Source: Adineta vaga (lineage: Eukaryota > Animalia > Rotifera). From it: a stretch of DNA of 64,000 nucleotides. The notes under the pieces were generated by a model. The model did not search any database and had not been told where the DNA came from. It worked only from the letters and a program-made list of their open reading frames with translations. The position numbers and the translations under genes are program-made. The stretch lies in the NCBI GenBank assembly GCA_021613535.1, contig CP075496.1, positions 12,896,001 to 12,960,000 on the forward strand, in the 5' to 3' direction. Of this stretch, positions 52,110 to 64,000 are shown piece by piece. The first letter of the stretch is position 1. Each line of letters opens with the position of its first letter.

Positions 52110-53124
52110 GAGAAAAGAACGAAAGATAATTTGAATCTCGTGATACGATTATAAATTATTCTTATTATTCATCATTGTGTTTGTTTCTTTTCTTTTCTTT
52201 TCTTTTCTTTTGACATTAATAAACTTTTCCTTTGGAATATATATATACATACAATCATTTTGAAGATAATCAATGTTTTTAATGATAAGTTTCCTTTTAC
52301 AGTCGACTGACATTCATCAGGATTGAAAATCTTTGTATATAAATGATTTTCAATGACTTCGGACAAAGTTTGTCTCAGATTTACTTGTTCGTTTTTGTAA
52401 ATAACTAACATTAGTGATGTTATCAGGCGTAAATATCTGTCTTTTGAAATTTTCAGATTGTTTCTCGAGTGATTAGAGTCAATAGTGTAACTAGATTCGG
52501 CTTTTGTGCAGTTACGGAAACGAGATATAAATATATATAAATTATATAGATCTGTTACTTGATTACTTCTATTTTTGTTTCTCGCCGTAAAAGCAATTTC
52601 TAAATGCCTTGAGCAACTCATTTTCCGGTTGCTATTATGTGAAAATAGCTTTGTATTTCGAACATTAGAAATACGTTACCTGAAATAAAAGAAAATGAAC
52701 ATCGAATCAGTTTCGATGAGAAATATCTGATGTATACGAAGAAAATATCGTAAACAAATGTGTTAGAGAATAACAGATCTATCTATGTTAATAAGAAGTC
52801 TATATTTATTTATTTTTTTTCAATCTAACCAATTACAAATAGTGTCTGATAAATACTGATGTAAACCATAGACGATAAAAAATAAAGATCACAAAAGAAA
52901 AACAATATTATTGCGAAGATGTAAATTTTTACAAAACAGAACAGATTGAGCTGTGTACATAGAGAGAATGAGATGAAAACAAAAGACCATCAGAAATAAA
53001 TCGTCTCGATGAGATTTATAAGAATCAGACATCAATTATAGAGATAAAAACAATTAAATATATACATTTACATATAAAGATATTATTGAAAAGGTTCTAA
53101 GAAAAATGACTGTGCAATATCTAT

Positions 53125-54081
53125 CTATGATCGATGTGATAAAGATCTGGGTGCATTACGTTTGTGATTTGGTATTTGTTCAGATGTAGTTGTTGTAGTA
53201 GGAAGAACGGCAGCGGCAGCAGCAGTAGCTTGATCAACTGAAAGTGAAATTGAATGAATTGGTGTTGGTGTTGGTGAAAAAGGATGACTAGAATTATTCG
53301 TATTAACAGTTGATGATTTAATTTTGATTGCTTCTTCGTAAGGCGGTGGAATATCTATATAGAATAAAAATAAAGGAAATCAATAAGAAAAGATCGAGAA
53401 TTACCGATCACATGTAGAACACTTTGTTCATAACTGGGTAAACCAGCATGAAATGAATTTGTATAGCGATCGAAATCTCTAGAGAATAATTATATTGGAA
53501 AACAATTATCTACAAACAATCGACAACAACATACCCGCTATTCATACTCGAAAAATTAATTGTACCAGAGTTTTGAGCATAATACCTTGCATGCTAGAAT
53601 CAAATTTTTCATTGAATTATTTGTAAAAAAGAAAAAGAAAGAAGGAAGAGAAATTCAATTAATTCTTACTCTCATTCGTTCGACATTAAATTTCCGTAAT
53701 GCAATTAAGATTTTTTCTGCTGAAATCCAATACATAAATGCAAATATAATTCCAATACCACTAAAACATGTACCACAGATGAAAGTTGACCTTCTTTTAT
53801 GTATGTATGTTTAAAATGCATACCCGAAAACAATGAATGAAACGGAAAATCGTTGTTTTTCAAATGAAGCAAGTAGAGAACCGGCAACAATTAATAGAAT
53901 TCCAAACACTAAAATCAATCGAAAGAAAAGAGAAATAAATATCAATTGATTTAAGTAACAAACTGAGAAAAGTAATGGCTGATAATTTTCTTTTTCTTGC
54001 TAAACTTTCGATTCGTGTATGTGGTGATGTATGTGGATTGGCAGATGTTGATGTAGCCATAATAATATGAATGGCATCCAT
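53125..54081 (-). CDS. Small two-TM membrane protein with cytoplasmic LPSY and PPPY motifs; about 6 exons
   Basis: FGILLIVAGSLLAS and FICGTCFSGIGIIFAFMYW helices; GLPSYEQ and DIPPPYEEA; ends APRSLSHRS*. Confidence 0.7.
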
Positions 54082-54189
54082 ATTCTTGTCTTCTTTTTTC
54101 AAGAATCTTTTTATTTACATTCTGAAAAAATGAATGAAAATTGATTTGAGTTGAGTCTAGACGCAATTAGGTCATGTCAATAGAATGCG

Positions 54190-54265
54190 ATCAACCAATA
54201 GTTTGTCATAGCACAACCTATCGTAGTAGCCATCGGGATTGGTTAATTTGAATAGACCAATAAAG
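54190..54265. promoter_or_regulatory. Three CCAAT boxes in the ~250 nt head-to-head interval (bidirectional promoter candidate)
   Basis: CCAAT at 54195-54199, ATTGG at 54238-54242 and CCAAT at 54257-54261, between ATGs at 54081 (-) and 54332 (+). Confidence 0.55.
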
Positions 54266-54331
54266 AATGATTGTTAATAGGTTATTGTTATTTGTTCTTG
54301 ATCAATCATTTAGCTCATCCATTCCTAGTCA

Positions 54332-55897
54332 ATGTCAGGCAGCGGTGTGGAACGTTCCAATTTTCGTGGTAATCGACCTTTATCATCTAATCCACCTCAT
54401 TCCATATGTGTAACGGATCGAAAAGTTGTTTCATTTACACATTTATGGACAATCGATCATTTTCAATCATATCTCGGTTTGTAATATCAATTCATTTCAT
54501 AATTACGATATATTATTTTTGATTAATTTAGATGATCCACAATCACCGCGTGTTCTCTTTAGTTCTTATTTCTCTCCGAATTTTGGTCCACATACTGATA
54601 CAAGGTTTGTCAATATTTCATCTTCAATTTCATAATATTTTTTATCTTTTTAGTTGGTGTTTAAAACTTTATCCAAAAGGTGTTAATGAAAAATCAGTGG
54701 AATATATTAGTTTATTTGTGAAATATGTTCGTGGTCGTACAGATTTACAAGCCAAAGCGGAATTTTCTCTAATTAATAGTCGTGGAGAATTTCATATTGT
54801 TCGTAAAACTCCATATCATATATTTCCAACAGGTGGTGATTGGGGTTATTCCGAATATCTTATGCGTATGGTATTAACAACACAACGAAAATCTGAATTA
54901 TTAAATGCTGATCAAAGTTTAAAAATTTTTACACGTGTTATTATTGTTGGTGAATCATCATCATCGATAATTCATGAAGAAAAGAAGAATACTTATGAAA
55001 GTTTAATCTCATTATCGTCACATTTAGGTTCATTATTAACATCAACAAAAGATAATTGTCATGATGTCACAATTATTGTACGACCACAACAATATAATAG
55101 TTTAATATATGAAAATAAATCACATGATACTCCTTCGTCATCATCAGCATCTTCGTCACCGATTGATGGAGGAAAGTCATCATCAAAAAAGAATAATAAT
55201 AGTAGCTCTAGTGTTGGCAGTAATCGAACAAAACGTAAACGATATAGTACAAATTCAGGTGGAAGCAGTGGTGCTGGAGAATCATCTGGTGAAACAAATA
55301 ATGATGAAACAACATCAACAGCATTAGCTATTCCATCGACACCAACAACAATGACATTTTATGCACATCGAAGTATATTAAGTGTAAGTGAAACATATAT
55401 TGCTATTGAAAAAAAAAACACAAATCTCTCGATTGATTTTCTTGTAGGTTCGTAGTCCAGTATTTGCTGCAATGTTTTCTCATTCAATGCTTGAAGATCA
55501 AAATTCTACAATTGAAATCACAGATTTACAACCTGAAACTGTTCGTGCTCTACTTGAATACATCTACACATCCAATGTGGAAGAAATTGATGAACATAAT
55601 GCAGTCGAAATTTTTAAAGCAGCTGATAAATATGAATTAGAATTATTAAAACAACGTGCAGAATTGATTATGATGAATTCATTATCGGTATCAAATTGTA
55701 CAATGTTTTATATTGTTGCCGATTTACATAATGCAAATGAATTAAAGAAACGTGTTTTAAATTTTATTATGCGTAATATTCTTGAAGTAACAGAAAGTGA
55801 TGATTGGCGAATCTTAGTTGAACAACATCCAGCATTAGCGACCGAAGCATTTGTTTATTCAGCTGAACATGCTGCATCATGTGCTTGTTCATCTTAA
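54332..55897 (+). CDS. Speckle-type POZ-like MATH-BTB Cullin-3 adaptor
   Basis: MATH (LWTIDHF, WCLKLYPKG, YISLFV, DWGYSEY); BTB (DVTIIV...FYAHRSILS|VRSPVFAAMFSH, IEITDLQPE, LLEYIYT, AADKYEL); BACK (ADLHNANELK). Confidence 0.9.
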
Positions 55898-56011
55898 TAA
55901 TGTGAAAAGAAAACTTTTTTCCTTTGTTTCTCTCTCTCTCTCTCTTCTCTTGTTTTATCATATGTATATAAATAAAAGCAACTAAACTGTTTGTGTATAT
56001 GTATGTTTTAG

Positions 56012-57111
56012 ATGTCTGCATCACATAAAACTCGAGCAGGAACTCGAGGTGGAAAAGATCAATTTAAGTAAGTCAAATCAATTCGTTTATTTTTCTTTTT
56101 CTTTAGTGATATTTTCTTTTAGTTGGGATACAGTGAAATCGGATAAAGATCGAGAATGTTATTTAGGACATTCCCTTATGGCACCAACTGGTCGATGGCA
56201 AGAAGGAAAAGATATAACATGGTATGTTTATCGATTAGGAACAAATGAACTATATTTCTATTTGATTGATAAATCTAGGTATGCGAAAGATCGAGATAAT
56301 GAACAACAAATTAAATCGGCAGAATTTCGTGCAGCGAAGAAACTCGAAGAAGATGCATTGATGGCTGCATTGGGCATGAAACCGCTACCAAGTTTGTTTT
56401 ATTTATGATTAGATTTGTTTCACAAAACTTCTTTTTTAGCTCCTCCTACTGCTGCTGCATCTAGTCAATACCAAAAACCGGTGATAAAACGTGAACCACA
56501 ATCAACGTCAGTTAAAAATGAACCAATGACACCAGCCATTCATGGTGATAGCAGTCGTCATGGAAAACATCGTGAACATCAGAAAAAACATGATAACCAA
56601 CGACGAGAAGATCGTAGAAGACGGAGACAGTTGAAAGCCACCGGATCAGATGAAGAAAAACATGAGTGGTCAGCTAGTGATATCGATGACGACGACGATG
56701 ACGACGAAGACAACGATGATGATGATAAAACAAAAGAATCAGATCAACAGGATCTGATGACAGACAAGGACCTTGATGAATTTCTGATTGATCTCGTTAA
56801 AAAACACGGAATGAAGATCATACAACGAGCATTAAAATCGAAAAAGTATAGTCGATTTATTCATTATTCTTCAGTTTGATTTGTCTTTTTTTCTCGCTTG
56901 ATTTAGAGATAAAAAAGAACGAAAACGAAAACACGAATCAAAATCATCATCGTCAGCATCAGAATCAGAAGATGAAAAACGAGAAACCAAACATAAACAT
57001 AAGAAAAAACATTCTCACAAAGAAGAATCCAATTCTACGAAACGTCGTCGAACACGTTCGCCATCACCATCCAGAAAAGATCGTTCCAAACATCATTCAA
57101 ATCGCCACTAG
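56012..57111 (+). CDS. MMTAG2: Multiple myeloma tumor-associated protein 2 homolog (C1orf35)
   Basis: [47 protein letters not shown] and EEDALMAALG; Lys/Arg/Ser-rich tail. Confidence 0.92.
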
Positions 57112-57227
57112 TTCTCCTATTTTCTTTTTGCTTTGTTTTTTTTTGTACAGTTAAATCTTTCATTGGATTAAAATGGAAAACTCATTGAGAACAAGTGATG
57201 ATATTTCTAACTGTGCTTATTTCAGAT

Positions 57228-57536
57228 ATGTTGACTCGATTGTATTCAGCTCTTTCTTATCTTGGACGTACTCAACGTTCATTTATTGTATGTAATACTT
57301 TACGTTTACATTCATCAACAACTTCAACGAATAAAGATACAAAAACAAGCCCAATAAAAAGTAAAACACCAATGGGTAAACTAGATGACAATGCACATCC
57401 AGATGCAGAAAAACAACCGTTAAAACCATGGCCGAATAATACCAATCCATATACCGGTGAAGTCAATGGACCCAGTGGACCTGAACCAACACGATATGGT
57501 GATTGGGAACGAAAAGGAAAATGTGTAGATTTCTAA
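57228..57536 (+). CDS. SDHAF4: Succinate dehydrogenase assembly factor 4 (DUF1674)
   Basis: Mitochondrial presequence plus the diagnostic NPYTGEVNGPSGPEPTRYGDWERKGKCVDF*. Confidence 0.95.
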   Translation: MLTRLYSALSYLGRTQRSFIVCNTLRLHSSTTSTNKDTKTSPIKSKTPMGKLDDNAHPDAEKQPLKPWPNNTNPYTGEVNGPSGPEPTRYGDWERKGKCVDF

Positions 57537-57783
57537 TCATTGATCATAATTATTTAGTTTTCTTTTCTATTAATAAATAGACGAACACATAGTTTTATGT
57601 GAAAGTTAGATCACCAAGATTTCTTAGTCTATATCGTATACATCCGAAAAGAATATAGTATTGATTTAAATGATGTTTATTGATACTAAATTTTTTTCAA
57701 GATTTTAATCTATCAATAACTTATAAAATCGAGGTATATATGATTAGAAATAAAAAAAAGTTTAGACAATAAATGTTCATTGT

Positions 57784-59176
57784 TTAACGTGTGCTTCCAA
57801 GTGTTGAATTAACTGAACCAGCAATTGAACATGTTGAACTTGTTGGTGATGAACATTGATTCATTCGAAGATCATCACGAAGATTACCATTCTTTATGGA
57901 TGTCATGTTTTGATCTCCATGCTCAAGTGCACCATTGGTTCCTTGTTTCAAAGTAGCCATATCTTCATGATATGGAGCTGTGATGATAAGTCGTTTCCCA
58001 TCATGAAGAAATGATCGCATATGTTCGGTATCAATATTCTAAGAAATAATCGAAATCAAACAATGAAAATATTCTTATTCGAACATTTAACATACGGGTG
58101 GTAATGTAACAGCTTTGTAAATATATGAGCGAGCTGTATGTTGTTTATCTGATGAACTTGATTCACCCTAGAAAGCAATTGATAGTAGAGATTTCATTTA
58201 TCTTCATGGCCAACTTACTTGAACGATTAAATCATGATCTTTAAGATGAATTTGAATTTGATCTGGACGAAAACCAGCCATATCTAATACTAAATCAATT
58301 TTCTTTCCGCCCTTTTCTAAATCATCAGTAATTTTTGGTTCAAATGCACTTTTGAAGAATTCATCAAAATTGAATTCTTTTACATTAGCACCATATTTTT
58401 GTAATTGATGATGATGATCATCTATTTCAAAAATGAGATTTGAATTGAATTGATATGAAAAACGTTCTTACCTCGTTCCTTAGCTTTTGTGATCAATGGA
58501 AATTCAACAACCAATGTACCTAAAGAACAGACACCGTTTTTGTTTAAATTCAATTAATGAGCGATAATAATCAAACCTTTAGTTGTAAGAAATGATGTCA
58601 TATGTTCGAAACTGGCATTTTCTGGAATTTCGTATGTTTTGCGCATTTCTTTGACTGAAAAATCTTCACCTATGAAACATCAAAATATGCATTGATAAAA
58701 TTTCATCAAAGATTAATACCATCTCGAACTTCTTGTTTTCCATCGATGAATAATTTACGGCCAATAACTTTAACACTCAAATCTTCAGGTTTATAACCAG
58801 TAACATCCAATGTAACACGAAATTTATCTGAATGTGGTCGTTTTTTATGACCAGTTACTGGACAAAGTTCGCGTTGAAGACGTGGTGGATCTTGTAACCA
58901 TCTAGAATAGAAATCGCACAATAGATTAAGCAATTGCTTGATTTATAAATACATACTGAAGAGCAGTTTGCATACGATGTGAAGTTAAATCATTTTCATC
59001 GAATGGATCAAATAAATCAAGTGATGGGCCTAAAAAAAACATTTCATCTTTGTTAGCAAAATCATACAGATTCGAAATTTTAACTGACCAAAGAAATTTT
59101 CAAAATCAAATAATTGTCGTGGAAAACGACCAACTGGTAAGTGATGTTGTTCTTGTGAACTATGTAAATGTGACAT
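57784..59176 (-). CDS. Small heat-shock protein with two alpha-crystallin domains (p40 / major-egg-antigen type)
   Basis: SLDLFDPFDE; domain 1 KFRVTLDVTGYKPEDLSVKV..RKTYEIPENA..MTSFLT; domain 2 LVLDMAGFRPDQIQIHLKDHDLIVQ..YIYKAVTLPP..MRSFLHDGKRLIITAPY. Confidence 0.88.
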
Positions 59177-60591
59177 GATAATAATAGGTAGTAGTTACTT
59201 TCAACGTAGATAGCAAACGAATGAATATATCGATGTGTCTTTACCCAAATATATATCCCTGATTTCTCTTATTCTACTATTTAACTATTGTCACGCCTTT
59301 GTGTATTCTATAGCCGAAACTATCATCTATACATAGAGAGAGAGAAACGTCGATGCAAATAGACGACGATTAATCGGACGAGTAGCCTTTGTTTTTAACA
59401 GTAGTAACAAGGGATAAACAAAGTAAATTGTATGTATAGTTCATTTGACTTATGATGAACTTAGATTATGTATAGGCCATGAGAACAATGTGTACTTATT
59501 ATTTGTTTTTATTCTGAATAGGAAAATTTAATGAGAGAAAGAGCGAAATGATCTTTTTTTGGATGAATGGTCAATTTTAGCTGATGAATAAACACCTTCA
59601 AGATTATGATCAAGTCGGTATAATACTTGTAGAATTAATATTTTCAATGTAAAGATCTTATCTAAAGATTTTATATAGTTTTGAAATCCGATTAGAAAAA
59701 AAATCATATACAAAGATTCTTTTCATGCAAGAAGAAATCTTTGTACTATTTGACATTGTATGTCATATTTCTTAAATGAATCGATTTTTATGCATTAAAT
59801 ACGATTCTATCAAAGGCGGAATTCATGTTAAGTCGTTCAGTAGACAGAAACTTTTGACAATTTGTTATTTTTTAAGATCAATCAACTCGTGACAATTATT
59901 CTATGACGTGTTTCATATAGGTTCGCTTTTGTTCATTCATTTGTAAGATCAACACTTGAGGATCGCGTCTTTAATTAATATAACTACGTCGGATGATGCT
60001 ATTTTTAGATGTCTGTCGATTTTTGCAAAGAGAGTACTATCTATAAGAGATTTTCATGTCAATTTTTGATACTTCCTCTTTTTCACAGTTATCAATATAC
60101 TAATCTCTAGTGAAATAGAAACCCATCATTTTCTTCTCGCTTAAAATACCATATAAAAGATAAAAAATGTTAGTGATAAAAACATTTTCTGTAAATAAAT
60201 TCAATTAATAAGACAGATTATAAGTTAAGCCTCCTACACAGTACAAGTATTTAAGCTAAAACTATGACGCCCACATATAGTTTTATGTTTCCAAATGCGA
60301 GTATGAATCAGTATTACTGCTTCTATCGAATCGTGTTTATATGTTCCAAATAAGAAACATTCATTAAGATAGCGTGAACATTTTCTTGATCTCTCGAACT
60401 TTCAATGACATTAATGATCAAAAATGATTTATCATAATCGTCGAACAAGACTCGCTGACATCTATTTGACATGAATATTACTATTCACTAGAATATAGAT
60501 GTCAATTTTTGTATTAGTAAAAAAAAAACGAACGTAGTCAGAAAATAAAAATAACAAAGCATGAAAACAAAGAAAACGAGTTGAGAGATTT

Positions 60592-62494
60592 TCATCGTTG
60601 CCGACGTCTTGAATGTAATGCATGAAGTTCACGTAAGGCATTTAAATTCGGTAGGGTAGTTTTTGCATGTTTACAATAGCAAATCTTTTGAAAAGCACGT
60701 CGAAAATGAGCATTACATAAAGGATAAATCAATGGATTGACTGTGGAATTTAGATAACCTAACCAGATAGATGCTGTATAGATTCTTTCGGATATACAAT
60801 CATTACACCAAGCAACAACTAAGAAGAGAATAAAATATGGTAGCCAAGTTATTGTGAATACTCCAACAAGTATTCCCAATTGTCTTGCAGCTTTTAGTTC
60901 TTTTTGTAGTGAACTTGAACGACTCGGATTGATTAATGCGTTGAAAAAATTCATTTTCTTTCGTTTTAAGATATTCGTATTGATAGGTGAATGATTATTG
61001 AGTGTTGCAACGGAAGTTTTATTTGATGGCTTTTGAATTTTTAGATGAGATTCATTTGGTAACGAATGATTCAATAAAGATTGTGATCTGAAATGAAAAT
61101 TTATGATAAAATTTGGAATTTTAAAAAGACTTACAAAGTCATTTTCGTTTTCTTAGGTCGTGTTTCGGGTGATTTCGTTTCGGAATATTGTTCCGAAGAA
61201 CTCGTTGATGTTGCAGAAAAAGTTCTATGTATCGAATGATCTTTTTGCATTGATGAAAGTTTTTTTTTCAATCGATTATTAATATTCATTGAATTCAAAT
61301 ATTTCATATTTTCTGATACACTAACTGATTTCTTTATTGGATTAGATTTCTCGGTAAAATCTTGACTTTTATAGTTTTTATCATCTTTAATTGATATTGT
61401 TGTTGTTTTTGTTGAAACCTTATCGATAAATTTCATTGGAATATAAGAATAATATCCTCGTGATGCTGACGAAACAGGTTTTTTTTGTAATTGCCAAAGA
61501 TTATCCTGAACGTCTTTGTCAATATTTCGACATGTGGAACAAAAACATTGGCCAGGTTCAATACTATCAATGAAATTAGTTTCAGTATTAATGGATGATT
61601 CCAACGGATTAATAACGATTGTTGGTGTAACTAGTTGAATATCTCCATTATCTGTTTTTTGAATTGTATCATTATCAATTCGTGATACGGTTGACGTAAA
61701 TGTTCGATCATATTTCATTTTCTTTTGTGTTGCTGATGATAAACGTCGACCAAGTTCCATTTTTGAACGTGAACGTATGGCAACCATGATACGACATGAG
61801 ATAATAATCATCGTTAACAAAGGTAGATAGAAATTAACTAATGCTGTCAATGTTTTAAATGTTTTATTTGAACGAAATGATGTATCACATTCATTGTTTT
61901 TTATAATATCACTAAGTTCAGGTGCAATATCGGACCAAAAGATAATTGCTGGTGCCCATAATAATGATATAAACCAAATACTAAGAATGAAAATTGTTGC
62001 ACGTCGACGAGTTCGTTTTTGTAAATAACGTAAAGGATAAACAACAGCCCAATAACGATCAAGACTGAGTAGAACAAGATTAAATATGCTAGCAGTACTA
62101 GAAACAAATGACATTTTCTTTTTCTTTATTTTGAAACATATCTTTAGAATCTGAGAATATACCTCGCAACATAATCAATTGATAACCACATCTGACATAT
62201 CGCAGATGAGAATGGCCATCGACCAGTGATAATATTTGCAGCATTTAAAGGCATAACAAAAAGGCCGACAGCTAAATCGGCTATTGCTAAACTTAATATG
62301 AATAAATTTGAAACAGTTCGAAGATATTTTTCTGTTTGAATAGCATAAAGTACGAGAATATTACCACAAACCGTAAATACAGATAAACTTGAAAGTACAC
62401 AACCCAGAATAATTTTTTGTAGTAATTCTTCGACGAAAATTGTCGAATTAGTCGAATGAATTAATGAAACTTGAAGCGTCTCATTCATACTCAT
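60592..62494 (-). CDS. HRH1: Aminergic GPCR, histamine H1 receptor-like; 3 exons
   Basis: WLSIDYVASTASIF..LDRY (TM3), FKTLTALVNFYLP (TM5), KAARQLG..WLPYFI (TM6), IWLGYLNSTVNPLIYPLCN..F (TM7), all H1-type motifs. Confidence 0.8.
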
Positions 62495-64000
62495 TTATCA
62501 AAACTAATCTTATATGTTATCATTTGTCATTCATCAATCTGAATTTAACAAGAAGAAGTAAGTCAAATTAACAAAAAAAAAATAATTAATCTTTTTCTTT
62601 TTTTTTCTCTAAAATAAAACAAAAAAACCCCCACATGATGAAATTTTTATCATGCTGCTTATAATCCAGTTAAACTGAAAGAGAAAAACAGAAAGCAGAA
62701 CGAGAAATGTCAACCATCATCTAATTTCATTTGACATCCAAAGCTAGATTCATATAAGCATGTTTATCAGAATAAGAAAAGACATGCATGCTCATTCTCA
62801 GTGGAATAAATTGTGAAATATGTTCTCTATCAAGGCACCAGGTGTTAAAAACGAAAGGAAAATCTATTTTTATGAAGAAATAAAAGTAATACAATACGGA
62901 TGATGAACGGCAAAACATCGAGTAATCTTCTTCATTGATTTCAAGACAAGAAAGAGAAAGACTTCGGTATTATAGTCATCGATAGTCAATTGTTTCTAGT
63001 GATGATACTACCATGTCATTATATTGCTATTGGAAAGATGACAGTGAAATGAAAACAAGTGACATTGATAAAAAAAAGAAGAGAGACATAGAAGGGAAAA
63101 AGAAGAATCGCAAGTATAATTGGTGGTGAATAAGAATAAGAAAACATTTGACATGGAGAGCTAGAAACGGATTGTGACAAGTTTTCTTTCATTTTTCTCA
63201 TTTCCGATATCATTGAGACTTGTTTTGAGTCAGTTTCCCTTCATACATTGTTTCATGAAAATATTTTCTTCGAAACGGAATAACTACGATTTGAATGATC
63301 AATATTTTCGAACAGATTGAAAATTTCTCTCTTTAAAAAAACCCACCAAACTTCTTCTTTTCAGCTACATTTGATCATATCTATTCACATTTTCTAATTC
63401 TCTTGACAGACTTACTGATTTGTGTTATTATCATCGTATATGAACTGACATGCTTGTCATGTATCTCCGATCTAACTCGTTCGCGTCTTCTAAAAAAAGA
63501 TCATTAAGCTATCATAAAAAAGTAAGTAAAACATGTCTCAAATCTTCTACAATTGTCACCATTCTATTAGGAAAGTATGACGTCTAAAAATGCATTCTTA
63601 ATATTATGTTGATTAAAACTTTTCTTAATCTGAAACTTATCTGACGGATTTTCTTTTTCTATTATCACACAAAGATATTGTTGTTATGAAAAAAGAAAAG
63701 AATGAGAAATCATTGTAGCAAAAATTTTGAAAAGAAAAGAAAAAGAGTCACCCATATGGTGCGTGCCATATACATGAATGATTCTCAGAAGTACTTTTCT
63801 ATTCAAATGTATATATATATATATATTTATATGAAATATACGAACATCATGATGGATTTTCTATGATCTATCACGCAATTGTAAGAACATTTAAATGATT
63901 ACGAATGTATGCTCGATTTTATTGTTATGTCATGATTTGATTTATAAGACTTCGAGAAATGTGTCGTTCGATTGTTTTCAAAGAAAGTAAAGTGCACTAT

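Noticed and set aside
52172-52680. 149-aa minus-strand ORF and a faint ankyrin-like fragment (HIIATGK*..I*KLLLRR)
   Set aside because: The similarity is too weak, the fragment is interrupted by stops and no coherent gene model results; at most a decayed remnant.
59180-59420. Heat-shock elements upstream of the sHSP
   Set aside because: No run of alternating nGAAn/nTTCn units was found.
1-64000. CRISPR arrays, transposases or reverse transcriptases, rRNA/tRNA and horizontally acquired bacterial or fungal genes
   Set aside because: No regular repeat-spacer array, terminal repeats, TE protein motifs or cloverleaf structures were seen. All recognisable genes are typical metazoan families, mostly intron-containing.

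Overview
This is AT-rich, gene-dense eukaryotic (animal) genomic DNA with many ~50-70 nt GT-AG introns. The style suggests a bdelloid rotifer, but that is inference. I can reconstruct about 21 protein-coding genes by hand-splicing: the 3' part of PIK3R4/Vps15, a flavin polyamine/spermine oxidase, an MDC1-like FHA/BRCT protein, an F-box/LRR protein, ASF1, MRPL54, a GLUT-type sugar transporter, three claudin/PMP22-like proteins, an RRM protein, a secreted Ig protein, a class A GPCR with a very long ICL3, an orphan ORF, BTAF1/Mot1 with an antisense gene nested in one intron, a 2-TM PY-motif protein, SPOP-like, MMTAG2, SDHAF4, a double alpha-crystallin sHSP and a histamine H1-like receptor. I saw no CRISPR, rRNA, tRNA or recognisable transposon. 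The most interesting signal is the polyamine oxidase locus. Its CDS ends in Pro-Pro-UGA-C, followed by a hairpin-rich 68-codon in-frame extension that is a readthrough candidate (Trp at the UGA would give EEPPW). It also has an upstream AUG/uORF and a candidate poison exon, which together suggest multi-layer polyamine-responsive control. Two tightly packed same-strand clusters (MDC1-FBXL-ASF1-MRPL54 and SPOP-MMTAG2-SDHAF4) look like trans-spliced operons. Gene spans include introns, and exon boundaries were read by eye.
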